A DNA stretch of 64,000 bases from Promethearchaeia archaeon (GCA_029856155.1 JAHQWL010000083.1:1-64000), one strand, 5' to 3'. Positions 27,845 through 38,649 are shown, counted from the first letter of the stretch. The notes: generated by a model from the letters alone, not told the origin. Numbers and translations are program-made.

Positions 27845-28618
27845 TCAGAGCGATTTCCCACAAATTGGACATATACTCCACATTTTTTTAATTTTTGATT
27901 TGCAGTGGATGCATACTTTTAATTCGGGATCGATTTGTGTTTGTGGTTTACCAAATATTGTTTGTTCAGCTTTGGAATATTCATAAGGGTTTTCTTCTAC
28001 TGGAGCTTTAATTTGATCTTGAGGTATTACAGTGGATTTTTCAACCATTTCTCTTGTAACATGGGTTTTTTCTGGTGGTAATTCTACCTGAGGTTTAGTA
28101 TACTTTTGGGGTTTGATAGGTGTTTCTCTTATATTTTTTTCTAACACTTTATGCTCTGGTTTGGGTGTTTCAGTTTCAGTTTCTCCAAGTGGAACGCCAA
28201 CTTTATAAAAAAAGTATTTATTATCATTATTTTCTATAATTCTCTCTCCATCTTCCAAACACACTTCTACATAGTAAATAATAACCGAACCAATGGGAAC
28301 TTCAGCAATTTCTGCTATGTAATAATCCATTTTAGACTCCATTTCCATTTGATACCATGATTTCCCTTGATCAGCGCTGAAAATTAAATTTACCATAAAA
28401 ATAGCTTTATTAAAAGTTTCTTCAGTGATTTTTACAACAATTTTAATTGTTTTTTTATGGGCTTCCTTTGGAGTGGTGATAATTTCTGTATCATCCCAAG
28501 CTGCTCCGCATTTAGGACAATTAGTAAACCAATTAGGATATTCAAAACTACACTTAGAACAATTTTTTGTAAAATATCTTGTTGTTTTTATTCCAAGTGT
28601 TTTTTTTTCTTTACCCAT
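27845..28618 (-). CDS. Double zinc-ribbon protein with central beta-rich domain
   Basis: CSKC...CPKCG at N-terminus, CIHC...CPICG at C-terminus, Y.AEI...IIYYVE central domain. Confidence 0.75.
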   Translation of the reverse strand: MGKEKKTLGIKTTRYFTKNCSKCSFEYPNWFTNCPKCGAAWDDTEIITTPKEAHKKTIKIVVKITEETFNKAIFMVNLIFSADQGKSWYQMEMESKMDYYIAEIAEVPIGSVIIYYVEVCLEDGERIIENNDNKYFFYKVGVPLGETETETPKPEHKVLEKNIRETPIKPQKYTKPQVELPPEKTHVTREMVEKSTVIPQDQIKAPVEENPYEYSKAEQTIFGKPQTQIDPELKVCIHCKSKIKKMWSICPICGKSL

Positions 28619-28754
28619 TGTCTTAATTCCAAGTTTTTGAAATTAAACTCCCAAAAAATCTTACTAATAATTTAATAATAATTTGTACTAAATATATTTT
28701 TTTTCCAACGATATTAATTAAAACGGCAATTTTTATAAAACTTCTATTCGAATC

Positions 28755-29933
28755 TCAAGAAATTTTTAATTTTTTTAAAATTTTCTCTAAATCACCAGTA
28801 AAATTTTGTAAATGGGTTTTTTGAACATGTGGCATAATTACCACTCTAATAAGATTGAAATCTTCAAATTTACCTACCATCCAATTTCTCTTTCGTAATT
28901 CTTCATCAATTTTACAAATACTTTCTTTGTTTTCAGTAGTAATTCCAACAACATTTATAATTGGATTAGTAGCTAACTTTACTCCTTTTATTTCATTTAT
29001 TCGTTGAGTCAAATATCGAGTGTTATCCATACACTTTTTTATGATCTGTTTAAATCCGTTAAAACCTAAATATTTCAATATTACCCAAAATGCTATTACA
29101 GTTCCACCAGATCTAGTTCCCACTATATGGAAGTGTTTAAAATTTCCTCCAGCTAAATATGGTATTTCAAATCCTGTTTTTTCTAAAATTGAAGGATCTC
29201 TTAAAAAAAAACCTCCTGAAGGAATGATTCCTAAACCCATTTTATGTGGATCTGCGGTTATGGAATCAACTGAATCTACTGAAAAATCCCATGCAGGAAT
29301 CGGATAATTTAATTCTTTTAGAAAGGGTAATATAAATCCTCCAAATGCAGCATCGATATGAAAAAATATATCTTTATTCTCAATTAGATTTCCAATATCT
29401 TCTATTGGATCTATCAGACCTAAAGAAGTAGTTCCTGCAATTCCTACAACACCACAAGTATTATTATTTATTAATGAATTAAAATGCTCGAGATCTAGTT
29501 CAAAATTATCATTTAATTTTGTTTTCCTAAGTTTAATTCCAAGTAAATCAGCTGCTTTATCAAAAGACACATGTGCTGAACGGGGTACAACAACTTCTGG
29601 AAAAGAAATATCTGGTCTTAATTTTTTAGCAATCCTCATTGCTATTAAGTTTGATTCTGAACCCCCCGTAGTGAAAGTGCCTATTATCTTTTTCCCATTA
29701 AAAAGCCCACCAATCTCACTCACTAATTCTTCTTCTAACTCAGCAGTCCCCAAAAATAAACCTGGATCTCCAAGATTTTTAGCAACATATTTCATATAAA
29801 TTTCAACTGCAATAGCTAAAGGTTCAGTGCACATTGAACCTAATATTGAGCCTGATTCATATGAAAAATCACTTTTTAATTTTTCTTTGAGAATTTTCAG
29901 TATTTCTTGTTTTTCTAATCCTTCTTTTAACAT
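28755..29933 (-). CDS. mfnA: L-tyrosine/L-aspartate decarboxylase (PLP group II)
   Basis: ILGSMCT, NLGDPGLF.GT, GGSESN, HIDAAFGG, DPHKMG, GTRSG. Confidence 0.9.
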   Translation of the reverse strand: MLKEGLEKQEILKILKEKLKSDFSYESGSILGSMCTEPLAIAVEIYMKYVAKNLGDPGLFLGTAELEEELVSEIGGLFNGKKIIGTFTTGGSESNLIAMRIAKKLRPDISFPEVVVPRSAHVSFDKAADLLGIKLRKTKLNDNFELDLEHFNSLINNNTCGVVGIAGTTSLGLIDPIEDIGNLIENKDIFFHIDAAFGGFILPFLKELNYPIPAWDFSVDSVDSITADPHKMGLGIIPSGGFFLRDPSILEKTGFEIPYLAGGNFKHFHIVGTRSGGTVIAFWVILKYLGFNGFKQIIKKCMDNTRYLTQRINEIKGVKLATNPIINVVGITTENKESICKIDEELRKRNWMVGKFEDFNLIRVVIMPHVQKTHLQNFTGDLEKILKKLKIS

Positions 29934-30063
29934 ATTTGTATTATCAGATCAGTGATAGTTTCTTATTAATTCATAAAATAGAAAAATTTAAACAATTAAA
30001 ATTTTATAAATTATGAATAAAATTGTACTTTATTGAATAAAATTACTTTGGAATTATCCTAAA

Positions 30064-30381
30064 TTATAAAAATCGTTTTGAATCTCTATTTGAATATTTA
30101 TCAATAATTTTATTAAATTCTTTTCCTAAATCAATTTTGTAATGATTAGCAACACATATAATAGAAAAAAGAAGATCTGCTAATTCTTCTCCCAAACAAG
30201 AATCTAAATTATTGGACTTTTTCGGTTTATATCCTTCAAGAGAATTTACTTCTCTTGCAACTTCTCCTAATTCTTCCATAATAGCACAAATCATTGATAA
30301 AGGTGGCCAATACCCCCCATAATTATGGATCCAATTGTCTACGATTTCTTGAACTTCTTTAAGTAAATACTCTTTAATCAT
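30064..30381 (-). CDS. MazG-like nucleotide pyrophosphohydrolase (YpjD-like)
   Basis: GYWPPL, EELGEVARE, EELADLLF. Confidence 0.9.
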   Translation of the reverse strand: MIKEYLLKEVQEIVDNWIHNYGGYWPPLSMICAIMEELGEVAREVNSLEGYKPKKSNNLDSCLGEELADLLFSIICVANHYKIDLGKEFNKIIDKYSNRDSKRFL

Positions 30382-30427
30382 ATATAGTATAAAATATGAT
30401 AATATTTAAAAAATAGAAAAGTAAAAA

Positions 30428-32563
30428 TTAATAAAAAACATGCTCGCGTCTACGAGCTTCCCATTCCGCCCTTTTTCCGGGATTATATCTATTTACTTCG
30501 CTATAATATCCCGTAACTCTTGAATACACTTTTACGTTCTCAGAATTACACTTCGGACAACTAAATTGAGTCCCTCTAAACATTTTCCTACATGAAGGAC
30601 AATAAATAAAATCAATGGTGTAAGCAAAATAGGCTGTATTTGTATTAAGGCAAATGTTTTTGGTAAGTTCCCAAAGACCATAAACATCTGGTTTTTGTTC
30701 TCCTAACCAAATGTGAGTAATTACTCCACCCTCAATAATTGGATGTAAATCTCCTTGTTTTATTATACGTTCGAATAAAGGTAAATCCGCGTCATATCTA
30801 ATGTGGCTTGAATTGGTGTAATAAGCAGATTTACCTGATGACTGTACAATAGCTTTTTGGGGGAAATGTTTTAAATCTAATTTTGCTAGGCGATTAGCTG
30901 TTGATTCACTAGGCTGTTCCCATATAGAATAAGATTTACCGTCTCTTTGGGTCATACTATTACATTTAGCAACGATGTAATTCAAAATCTTTTTTCCTAA
31001 CTCATAAGCAGTATTATCTTCATGAAGTTCATATCCAGATAGACTTTTGACAGCTTCATTTAATCCAGTAAATCCTATTGAAAGATTCTGATCTTTTAAG
31101 TTGAAGATAGGATTACCTTTTATTTTACCACTACACAATGGTAAATGCCCTGTTTTTAATCTCCTCTCCATTAATTTCCATTTTTTTAATAAAATTCTTG
31201 CAGAAAGCTCAATTTTCTCATCTAGTACATTGAAATAATCAGATTCGTTTTCTGAAAGATAAGCATACCGAGGAAGATTTAAACTAACACTTTGAAGTGA
31301 ACCAATTGTTACATAATTTTCCCATAGGTTTGCATTTTTTCTTTTTTCAGGATCTAGATTACAATGCTCGATGATTTGATTTCCACTTAAGAATTTTCTG
31401 CAACATTGACTGTGGATTTCATCTGGCATCCAATCTGGACACATATTAAGGAAATACGGAGTTCCCATGGTAGCGATTTCTTCCATTACTTTTAAATAAG
31501 ACGGTTCAAATTCATGCAACCATTCTTTTTTAATCTTAATCTCATGTTTTGGAAATGCAAAAAGTTTTCCATTATGATCACCTTGAATATAAACATTTGT
31601 TAAAGCATCAAAAAGTTTGAGACATTCATCTTTATAATCTCCATATGTTCCTGCTAGTTCTCCATGTATTCCAACCGCCGGAATATTTAATAAGCCATTA
31701 GGTATAGTTGGAGTACAAGAAATTGAAGTGAATGGTACTTGTCCTCCTCTTGCTGCAAAAATTTGATTAGTCTCAAAAATCAAGCATTGCATTGATTGTT
31801 CAATCTCTCTGTCCGAAATACCACGTGCATATGGTGCTAAAAAAGTAGTTATATAATCATATCCCTGTCCCCCACTGAATTCGCCCTGAATTATTCCAAG
31901 CCACTTAGCGAGATGAGTCACAGCAACACGTAAGCTTCCTGCGGGTCCTGATTTACTACAATGCGCCCAACTATCTACCGGAGGTAATCCATGTTGTAGA
32001 ATCATACGTGGGTCCCATTCTTGACAGAAAGGTCTTAAATCAAAATATCTTAACATATGAACGTGAATATCACCGTATAAATGGGCATGAGCTTCTTCAG
32101 AATCTAAAATTCTTAATAAAGCATATTCATCTGATATTCTATTTGCAGCCCAATGATGAATACTTTCTGGATTCATATCTTGATTTGCATTCTCATCTAT
32201 TCCGTGTTCTAAAATTGCTTCATAATCCATTAATGGCATTCCTATTCTCGTATATATTTTTCGCTCGTCCTCAAAATGTTGTTCTGATAATATTGAGCAC
32301 ACAATTTCTCTAATATGAGGACCCGATAAGAACCTAATCCCAGAAGATATTATTCTCCTAACAACTAATTCGGTAATTCTATCCGCAGATTTTTGGGATA
32401 AACCCGTTTCATATATAAGACTTTGTTCAATCTTTATTGGATCGAATGGTACTACATCACCTTCAGTTCTAAAAACTCGTGGTAACAATTTTGTCAAATA
32501 TTTACGTCTAACTTTTTCAGCATCTTTCTCTTTTAATGGTTTTAAATCTGATACCAAGACCAA
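30428..32563 (-). CDS. nrdD: Class III anaerobic ribonucleoside-triphosphate reductase with ATP cone
   Basis: N-terminal ATP cone, SGGQG, SLNLPR, YYTNSSH, CPSC/CPKC, SRVTGYY glycyl-radical loop. Confidence 0.93.
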   Translation of the reverse strand: MVLVSDLKPLKEKDAEKVRRKYLTKLLPRVFRTEGDVVPFDPIKIEQSLIYETGLSQKSADRITELVVRRIISSGIRFLSGPHIREIVCSILSEQHFEDERKIYTRIGMPLMDYEAILEHGIDENANQDMNPESIHHWAANRISDEYALLRILDSEEAHAHLYGDIHVHMLRYFDLRPFCQEWDPRMILQHGLPPVDSWAHCSKSGPAGSLRVAVTHLAKWLGIIQGEFSGGQGYDYITTFLAPYARGISDREIEQSMQCLIFETNQIFAARGGQVPFTSISCTPTIPNGLLNIPAVGIHGELAGTYGDYKDECLKLFDALTNVYIQGDHNGKLFAFPKHEIKIKKEWLHEFEPSYLKVMEEIATMGTPYFLNMCPDWMPDEIHSQCCRKFLSGNQIIEHCNLDPEKRKNANLWENYVTIGSLQSVSLNLPRYAYLSENESDYFNVLDEKIELSARILLKKWKLMERRLKTGHLPLCSGKIKGNPIFNLKDQNLSIGFTGLNEAVKSLSGYELHEDNTAYELGKKILNYIVAKCNSMTQRDGKSYSIWEQPSESTANRLAKLDLKHFPQKAIVQSSGKSAYYTNSSHIRYDADLPLFERIIKQGDLHPIIEGGVITHIWLGEQKPDVYGLWELTKNICLNTNTAYFAYTIDFIYCPSCRKMFRGTQFSCPKCNSENVKVYSRVTGYYSEVNRYNPGKRAEWEARRREHVFY

Positions 32564-33013
32564 TATAAACCTTCCTCTTTTTCAATTTTTATGTATCCTA
32601 TTATAATATAGTGGAATACAACACTATTTTTAATCAAAAAATTTTGTCGGTAGTATGAACTGAATTTAGAGAATTATTAATTGTTTATTATCGTTAATAT
32701 TTTACCTCTTATGATATAAAAATTTATTTGTTTTTCCAATTTAAACTTATTTTATTAACACTTTATCTGTGAATCTAAAATTTGTTTACTAAAATTACGA
32801 AAAAATTCTTAATTCTTTGGAGTCTTTTCAATTTCTGATTTATTAATTCTTAAATTACATTATATAGAAAATTTTGTCGAACAAATTACCACACTTCACT
32901 AGTTTTAACTTTTAAAATTTTATAAGAATTAAGATTAAGTGTATTTATAAAAAAAAAGCACTGCTACAACTGAAGGCATATTTATTATGAGGAAAATCTT
33001 CTTAACTAAGAAT

Positions 33014-33367
33014 TTACCATTGATAAGCAGCAATAGCAAAAACCGTTAACATGCAGAAGATAAATTCTCCTAACAACCAATCACGAAAAAATTGTTTTTT
33101 CTTATCTCTATTGTTTTTTATCTTTGTAGCTAAGGCAAAACTAATTGCTGAGTTTGTTCCAGTAAATATCATAAAAGAATAGCTCATGGCTGTTACCTCC
33201 AAATCCAATATTTCTAAAACAATATCTAAAAATATCCAAGCACCCAGAAAACCCGCAAGCAATAATAAAAACCACCAACCTGAAAATTGAATGATTTTCT
33301 CAAATTTTATATCCAAATCTGAAATAATTGTAAGATCTTCAATACGTTTCTTCTTAACTTTCGACAT
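33014..33367 (-). CDS. Three-TM membrane protein
   Basis: Three hydrophobic helices; co-oriented with the NAC gene. Confidence 0.7.
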   Translation of the reverse strand: MSKVKKKRIEDLTIISDLDIKFEKIIQFSGWWFLLLLAGFLGAWIFLDIVLEILDLEVTAMSYSFMIFTGTNSAISFALATKIKNNRDKKKQFFRDWLLGEFIFCMLTVFAIAAYQW

Positions 33368-33445
33368 ATAAAATCAAAATTCGTACTTTTTGATTATAAA
33401 AATTTTATAACTCTTAATCTTTATTATTTGAATAATGCTTCGATA

Positions 33446-33925
33446 TTAAGGTCTATTCTTCAAAAACAAAATCGCTTTAGCAATATCTCCATTAAATTCT
33501 TTTAATATAGTCTCTGCTTCATTTTTATCTACATTTGCCTGTGTAGCCACTAGCATAATATCATTTTCAGTAATTGTTGTTTTTACCTCAGATTCTTCAT
33601 CGGGTTCCAACTCCATATAAGTATCATCACTTTTGATTGAAATACTCTCTGGAGAAACTTCTTCGGCTTGACCTATTATTTGATATATTTCTTGACCTGC
33701 TTGTTTCATCTTAACCACTTCGGGTTGCTCTATTATCAATGATTTTTCTGCACCCTCTATTATAACTCGAGTGGCATCGATAGGTTCCATATCTATACCC
33801 TGTTGAGCCATTTTTCTACGCATCTGTCTTGATCCAAATTGTTGACCTTCTCGCGCTTTAACGGGTTGTGGGCGTTTTGGTTTACTTTTCTCTTTATTTT
33901 GCATTTCCTTTGGTAATTTTACCAC
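33446..33925 (-). CDS. nac: Archaeal nascent polypeptide-associated complex protein
   Basis: RQMRRKMAQQGI, IIEQPEV..M, YQIIG, DIMLVATQA...GDIAKAI UBA domain. Confidence 0.9.
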   Translation of the reverse strand: MVKLPKEMQNKEKSKPKRPQPVKAREGQQFGSRQMRRKMAQQGIDMEPIDATRVIIEGAEKSLIIEQPEVVKMKQAGQEIYQIIGQAEEVSPESISIKSDDTYMELEPDEESEVKTTITENDIMLVATQANVDKNEAETILKEFNGDIAKAILFLKNRP

Positions 33926-33977
33926 TTTATTTCACATTGAAAAAACTTTTTTCTTAAAATATATAATTATTCAAAAT

Positions 33978-34469
33978 TTAAATTTTTGATTTATGAATAC
34001 CTTTTCTTATGTTAACTGCAATACCACTTGAAAACGTTTTTATATAATTAACAGGAATTTTTAACTTACCAATACCCAGCAATTCATCCTCTTGATTTAC
34101 GACAATTACTTCATCTAAAGGTCTTAAGTTTTCATCAATACTAACAACATGTTTACAGAAAACATTTCTTCCTTTTTTTATAAACTCTGATATATCATTT
34201 AAAACAATAACTCTTAGCTTTGGACACGCAGTATTCTTAATTATTTTAGCCGCTGAAAAGAGAGTTAAAGTAAAAAAACCATTTGTGGGTCTTAAAGTAA
34301 GTAATAAATTATCATTGTAATAGATATATCTGATTTTATTAGTATTTGGCGACCTTTTAACACTTATCTGATCAATTTCATCAAAAAGAATATCAGTAAT
34401 TTCATTACTAAATTGATAATCTGAAATTGCTTTAATTTGTCTTAAACCTAATAATAATTCAGTTTCCAT
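33978..34469 (-). CDS. Archaeosine TGT C2 + PUA domain protein (split arcTGT C-terminal part)
   Basis: DYQF, S.NT.KIRYI, LTLRP.NG, GRNVFCKHV...RPLDEVIVV. Confidence 0.8.
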   Translation of the reverse strand: METELLLGLRQIKAISDYQFSNEITDILFDEIDQISVKRSPNTNKIRYIYYNDNLLLTLRPTNGFFTLTLFSAAKIIKNTACPKLRVIVLNDISEFIKKGRNVFCKHVVSIDENLRPLDEVIVVNQEDELLGIGKLKIPVNYIKTFSSGIAVNIRKGIHKSKI

Positions 34470-34542
34470 AGATCAATAATTAAGAATAATATTTAATTTA
34501 GAAAAAGAAAGTAGCACATAAATAGATTGTTTAAATCATAAT

Positions 34543-35751
34543 TTAAGAGTAAAGGCGGGATTCTACCATTTGATCTTTAACTTTATTCATTACTTTACTT
34601 ACAGCATCAATAAAATCTTTGTTGATAATCATATCAGCATCTTTTCTAATTGCGAACATTCCCGCTTCTGTACAAATTGCTTTAATGTCAGCACCTGTTG
34701 CTCCCTCTGTAAGATTTACTAATCTTTTTAAGTCAATTTTGTCTTCGACAAGTAAATTTCTCGAGTGTATTTTAAATATCGCCTCTCGAGCTGTTTCCTC
34801 AGGAATAGGAAATTCGATCATACGATCAAATCTTCCTGGTCTTAATAGTGCGGGATCTAAAATATCTACTCTATTTGTTGCTCCAATGATTTTTACATCT
34901 CCTCTTTGTTCAAATCCATCTAATTCACTTAAAAGTTGCATAAGAGTTCTTTGAACTTCTCTATCTCCAGATGTAGCAATTTTAAGTCTCTGGGATCCTA
35001 TCGCATCTAATTCATCTATAAATAATATTGTTGGGGCTTTTTGTTTTGCTAAATTAAAGATCTCTCTTACTAAACGTGCTCCTTCACCGATAAACTTTTG
35101 TACTAATTCAGATCCAATAATTCTTATAAATGTTGCTTCCGTTTCATGCGCAACTGCTTTTGCTAATAAAGTTTTTCCAGTACCTGGTGGACCAAATAGC
35201 AAAACTCCTTTAGGTGGTTCAATTCCAATTTTTTTAAATAATTCTGGCTTTTTTAAAGGTAATTCTACAGTCTCTCTTACTTCTTGCATTTGATCTTCCA
35301 ATCCTCCAACATCCACATATGATATGTCTGGAATTGAATCAATTACTTCCATACCTTTAACAAAAGGATCTAATTTAGTAGGAAGGACCTCCATAATCGC
35401 AAAAGTTCTTTGATTTAAAGCTACCCTAGTTCCCGGTGCGAGTTTTTCATTTTTTACTTTTCTACTACTATTAACAACAAAACTTGGTCCTGTTGAACTT
35501 TTTACAATTGCTCTCCCTTTTTCGTCTAAAAAATCAATGATAGTTGCAGACACTAATGGAGGTTCTCTTAATCTGTCAATTTCATTTCTTAGACTATGTA
35601 ATTCTTGTTCTAATCTTAAGCGCTCTGCATCTAGTAATTGTTTTTCTGTCTCCAAATTTCTAAGTCGTTTCTCTAGATGTCTAGTATAAGTTATAAGATA
35701 TTCTCCATCTTTTGTTTCTTCTTTTTTTCGTTTATCTTTAGTCGTAGTCAA
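34543..35751 (-). CDS. pan: Proteasome-activating nucleotidase
   Basis: N-terminal coiled coil, GPPGTGKT, FIDELD, ALLRPGRFDR, C-terminal HbYX (LYS). Confidence 0.97.
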   Translation of the reverse strand: MTTTKDKRKKEETKDGEYLITYTRHLEKRLRNLETEKQLLDAERLRLEQELHSLRNEIDRLREPPLVSATIIDFLDEKGRAIVKSSTGPSFVVNSSRKVKNEKLAPGTRVALNQRTFAIMEVLPTKLDPFVKGMEVIDSIPDISYVDVGGLEDQMQEVRETVELPLKKPELFKKIGIEPPKGVLLFGPPGTGKTLLAKAVAHETEATFIRIIGSELVQKFIGEGARLVREIFNLAKQKAPTILFIDELDAIGSQRLKIATSGDREVQRTLMQLLSELDGFEQRGDVKIIGATNRVDILDPALLRPGRFDRMIEFPIPEETAREAIFKIHSRNLLVEDKIDLKRLVNLTEGATGADIKAICTEAGMFAIRKDADMIINKDFIDAVSKVMNKVKDQMVESRLYS

Positions 35752-35995
35752 AAAAAGTATACCCCTTCTTTTCTCACTTTAATTTATATTTTTAAGAAAA
35801 TACCTTAAAATATTAATAAACTTTTAATCATTTAAATTTAAGGTTAGTTCTGTATATTTACTTAAAAATGTCGATTTTTAAAAAATTTATAGTTTATAAA
35901 ATATAATGACAGTAAATCGTAAATTATAAGAATATTTAAACAAATTCTATATATGTAATACATTTCTATCTATAAATCGTATTTAAGATATAATT

Positions 35996-36532
35996 ATGCC
36001 AAAATCACGATATAATGAAATTGATAAGGAATGCCCCATATGTGGAAGTATTATTTGGGGTAAAGGACAAAGAGTTTTATTAGAAGGAGCTAAAATAACT
36101 GTATGTCATAATTGTGCTCAACATGGTGAAAAATTACAAAAACCACCAACAAACACGCAAATTAAAAAATATTATCCTTATACTAAAAAAAAACCTCCAA
36201 AACGACAAGTTTTAAAAAAAGATTTTGTTAGTGATTTGGAATTAATTTCTGATTATGCTAATAAAATAAGAAATAAAAGGAATTCCCTTGGACTCAATCA
36301 AGATCAATTCGCTCAAAAGCTAAATGAAAAACCTTCATTATTAAGAAGAATTGAGGCTGGAAAAGTAGAACCTACTATCAAATTAGCTAAAAAAATAGAG
36401 GATATCTATAATCTAGAAATTTTAAAAAAGACTGATGAGATTGAGTCTAATGTTCAAAATGATAAATATATGAAAAAATCAACTGGGACTTCTCTTGGCG
36501 ATATTGCCTTTATTAAGAAGAAGAAACAATAG
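35996..36532 (+). CDS. mbf1: Archaeal multiprotein bridging factor 1
   Basis: CPICG...EGAKITVCHNC zinc ribbon, HTH (LNQDQFAQKLNEK), TSLGD tail. Confidence 0.9.
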   Translation: MPKSRYNEIDKECPICGSIIWGKGQRVLLEGAKITVCHNCAQHGEKLQKPPTNTQIKKYYPYTKKKPPKRQVLKKDFVSDLELISDYANKIRNKRNSLGLNQDQFAQKLNEKPSLLRRIEAGKVEPTIKLAKKIEDIYNLEILKKTDEIESNVQNDKYMKKSTGTSLGDIAFIKKKKQ

Positions 36533-36553
36533 TAAATTGTATCTAGATCTATT

Positions 36554-38596
36554 TTAAGACTCTATTTTTTTAATTTCAACGATTGCAGAATTATAGGACC
36601 CAGAAAAGCCTAATTCTTCTGGTTCGTCGGGGATAAAACAGTTTACATTTGGACTTCCTTTTGAAGTTGAAGATAAACCATGATATATTAATGTTGTTTT
36701 ATGCTTTAATATCGGAGATTCTGCTAGTATGTAGGTTTCAGATCCGTATTCATTAGACACAAGAACCTCATGACCTATTTCTAAATTCAGCGCTTTTATA
36801 TCTTTTGATGATAAAAAAATTTTATTAAATTCATTCACATATTTGGAATTTAACTGCCCTAGTTGAGAGTGTAAGAAATACAAATGAGAAGGAGAAATGA
36901 GGACGAATTCATTTTTTTTCAAGTTTAATTTTCGCTTCAATTCATTTTCTCCAAACTTTAAGTGCGGGCCAATAATTTGAATCCGATTATTAGGAGTAGG
37001 AAACTCTAAGGTTTTAAAAGGGACATCATCATTATCAAATAATAAGTAATATCCTTCCTTATGAAGATGGTTTTGAATTTCTAACGGCAGCAATTTTATA
37101 CAATTTTTAAATATAGTTTTATCTGATTCTTGAAAGATCACCGAGTTTTCAAATCCTAATTTCCAAGCTAATTTTTGGAAGAATTCATAATTAGATAAAC
37201 AATCTTTATATGGACATGGACCCCCAATATTAATCGATAATCCCGGCATATAATAAGGAGATATTAAATCAAAAGATTCTAAATCAAATTTTGCAGGGAT
37301 GACTATATCTGCAAACTTAGTCGTTTCATTCAAGAACATATCTATTACTACTATAAATAGATTTTCCTTAATTAATGTGCTCCTTAAAAAATTTTGATTA
37401 GGTAATGAACTTGCTGGATTAAAATTATATATAAATAACAACTGATAATTCCCAGAAGATAAGGACGAGCCAAGTTTTATTATAGGAATTTCTTTCATCT
37501 TTGATTCACCGTTAAAATACGCTATATATTCATGAAGGGGTTGAAGAAGAGGTTTTAGAAAGTCACTTTGAGAATAAATCAACCCTGATCCAGATTTACC
37601 TAAATTTCCAAGCAAAATTTGGATTAAAGCAATAGATTTTACGATTCTACCACCATTATAGTCTTTCTGAACACCATACCCTACATTAAATAAAGTGTGG
37701 TGTTTAAATTTAATCAATAATTCAACAAAATTCTGAAATGTCTGATTATCAATTCCAATTTGCTCTAAAAGCTCCTTTTTATCAATATTAAATACTTCTG
37801 GAAAAAGAGAGGAATAATTATCAACATGGTTTTTCAGAAATTTTTCATCATAAGCATTACAGGTAATAAGTTCATTGAGTATAATTTTAACTAACAAATG
37901 TTCTGTACTTGGCATAATATGCAGAAAACAATGAGCTTTATTTGCTATTACCGTACGTCGAGAATCCACAACAACAAGTTTAGTTCCCATTTTTAAAGCT
38001 TGTTTAACTAAATAATAAGCATGGTTATTACTTTCTGAAAGATTACTTCCCCAATTTACTATTAATCTGGTGGAGGGATTTTTTAACTGAAAGGGATTTG
38101 CAGTAGAATAGGTACCAAATAATTGTGTAAGTCCCGCACATCCTCCTTCATTACAGATACCTCCATTGGTGATGGTGGCCCCCAATTTATTAAAAAATCT
38201 TAAAGGAGCGTACTTCGAAATTAAACCTGAATTTCCAGAATAAAAGGCTCCTAAAATAGAAGCTGGATTCCCTTTTTCCTTAATTTCAACTATTTTTTCG
38301 GCAATTATACTTATCGCATGGTTTAAAGAAATAGGTTTGAAACTATTTTCAAGTTTTGGTCCATTTCGAATTAATGTATTTTTCAATCTGTCTTGATGAT
38401 ATATCAAATCCTGTCTTTGAGTAAGTTTAGGACAAAAAAACCCATTAGTAAATGGATGTGCTTTCAATGGATGAGCATTTATAAATTTATATTCTGTGGC
38501 ATTATCTTTCCATATTCCTGTAAATACACAAGAACCATAGCAATCTTTTGTACATGTGCCAAATCGTATCTTTTTGAGATTTTTGTTTTCTTTCAT
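36554..38596 (-). CDS. Molybdopterin-dependent oxidoreductase with N-terminal [4Fe-4S] motif
   Basis: CTKDCYGSC...C, WGSN, NPASSLPNQ, ETTKFADIVIPA. Confidence 0.85.
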   Translation of the reverse strand: MKENKNLKKIRFGTCTKDCYGSCVFTGIWKDNATEYKFINAHPLKAHPFTNGFFCPKLTQRQDLIYHQDRLKNTLIRNGPKLENSFKPISLNHAISIIAEKIVEIKEKGNPASILGAFYSGNSGLISKYAPLRFFNKLGATITNGGICNEGGCAGLTQLFGTYSTANPFQLKNPSTRLIVNWGSNLSESNNHAYYLVKQALKMGTKLVVVDSRRTVIANKAHCFLHIMPSTEHLLVKIILNELITCNAYDEKFLKNHVDNYSSLFPEVFNIDKKELLEQIGIDNQTFQNFVELLIKFKHHTLFNVGYGVQKDYNGGRIVKSIALIQILLGNLGKSGSGLIYSQSDFLKPLLQPLHEYIAYFNGESKMKEIPIIKLGSSLSSGNYQLLFIYNFNPASSLPNQNFLRSTLIKENLFIVVIDMFLNETTKFADIVIPAKFDLESFDLISPYYMPGLSINIGGPCPYKDCLSNYEFFQKLAWKLGFENSVIFQESDKTIFKNCIKLLPLEIQNHLHKEGYYLLFDNDDVPFKTLEFPTPNNRIQIIGPHLKFGENELKRKLNLKKNEFVLISPSHLYFLHSQLGQLNSKYVNEFNKIFLSSKDIKALNLEIGHEVLVSNEYGSETYILAESPILKHKTTLIYHGLSSTSKGSPNVNCFIPDEPEELGFSGSYNSAIVEIKKIES

Positions 38597-38649
38597 AAAA
38601 AATCTAAAATAAATATTTAAAAAATTAATGTCCGAGTCGATTTAATTTA

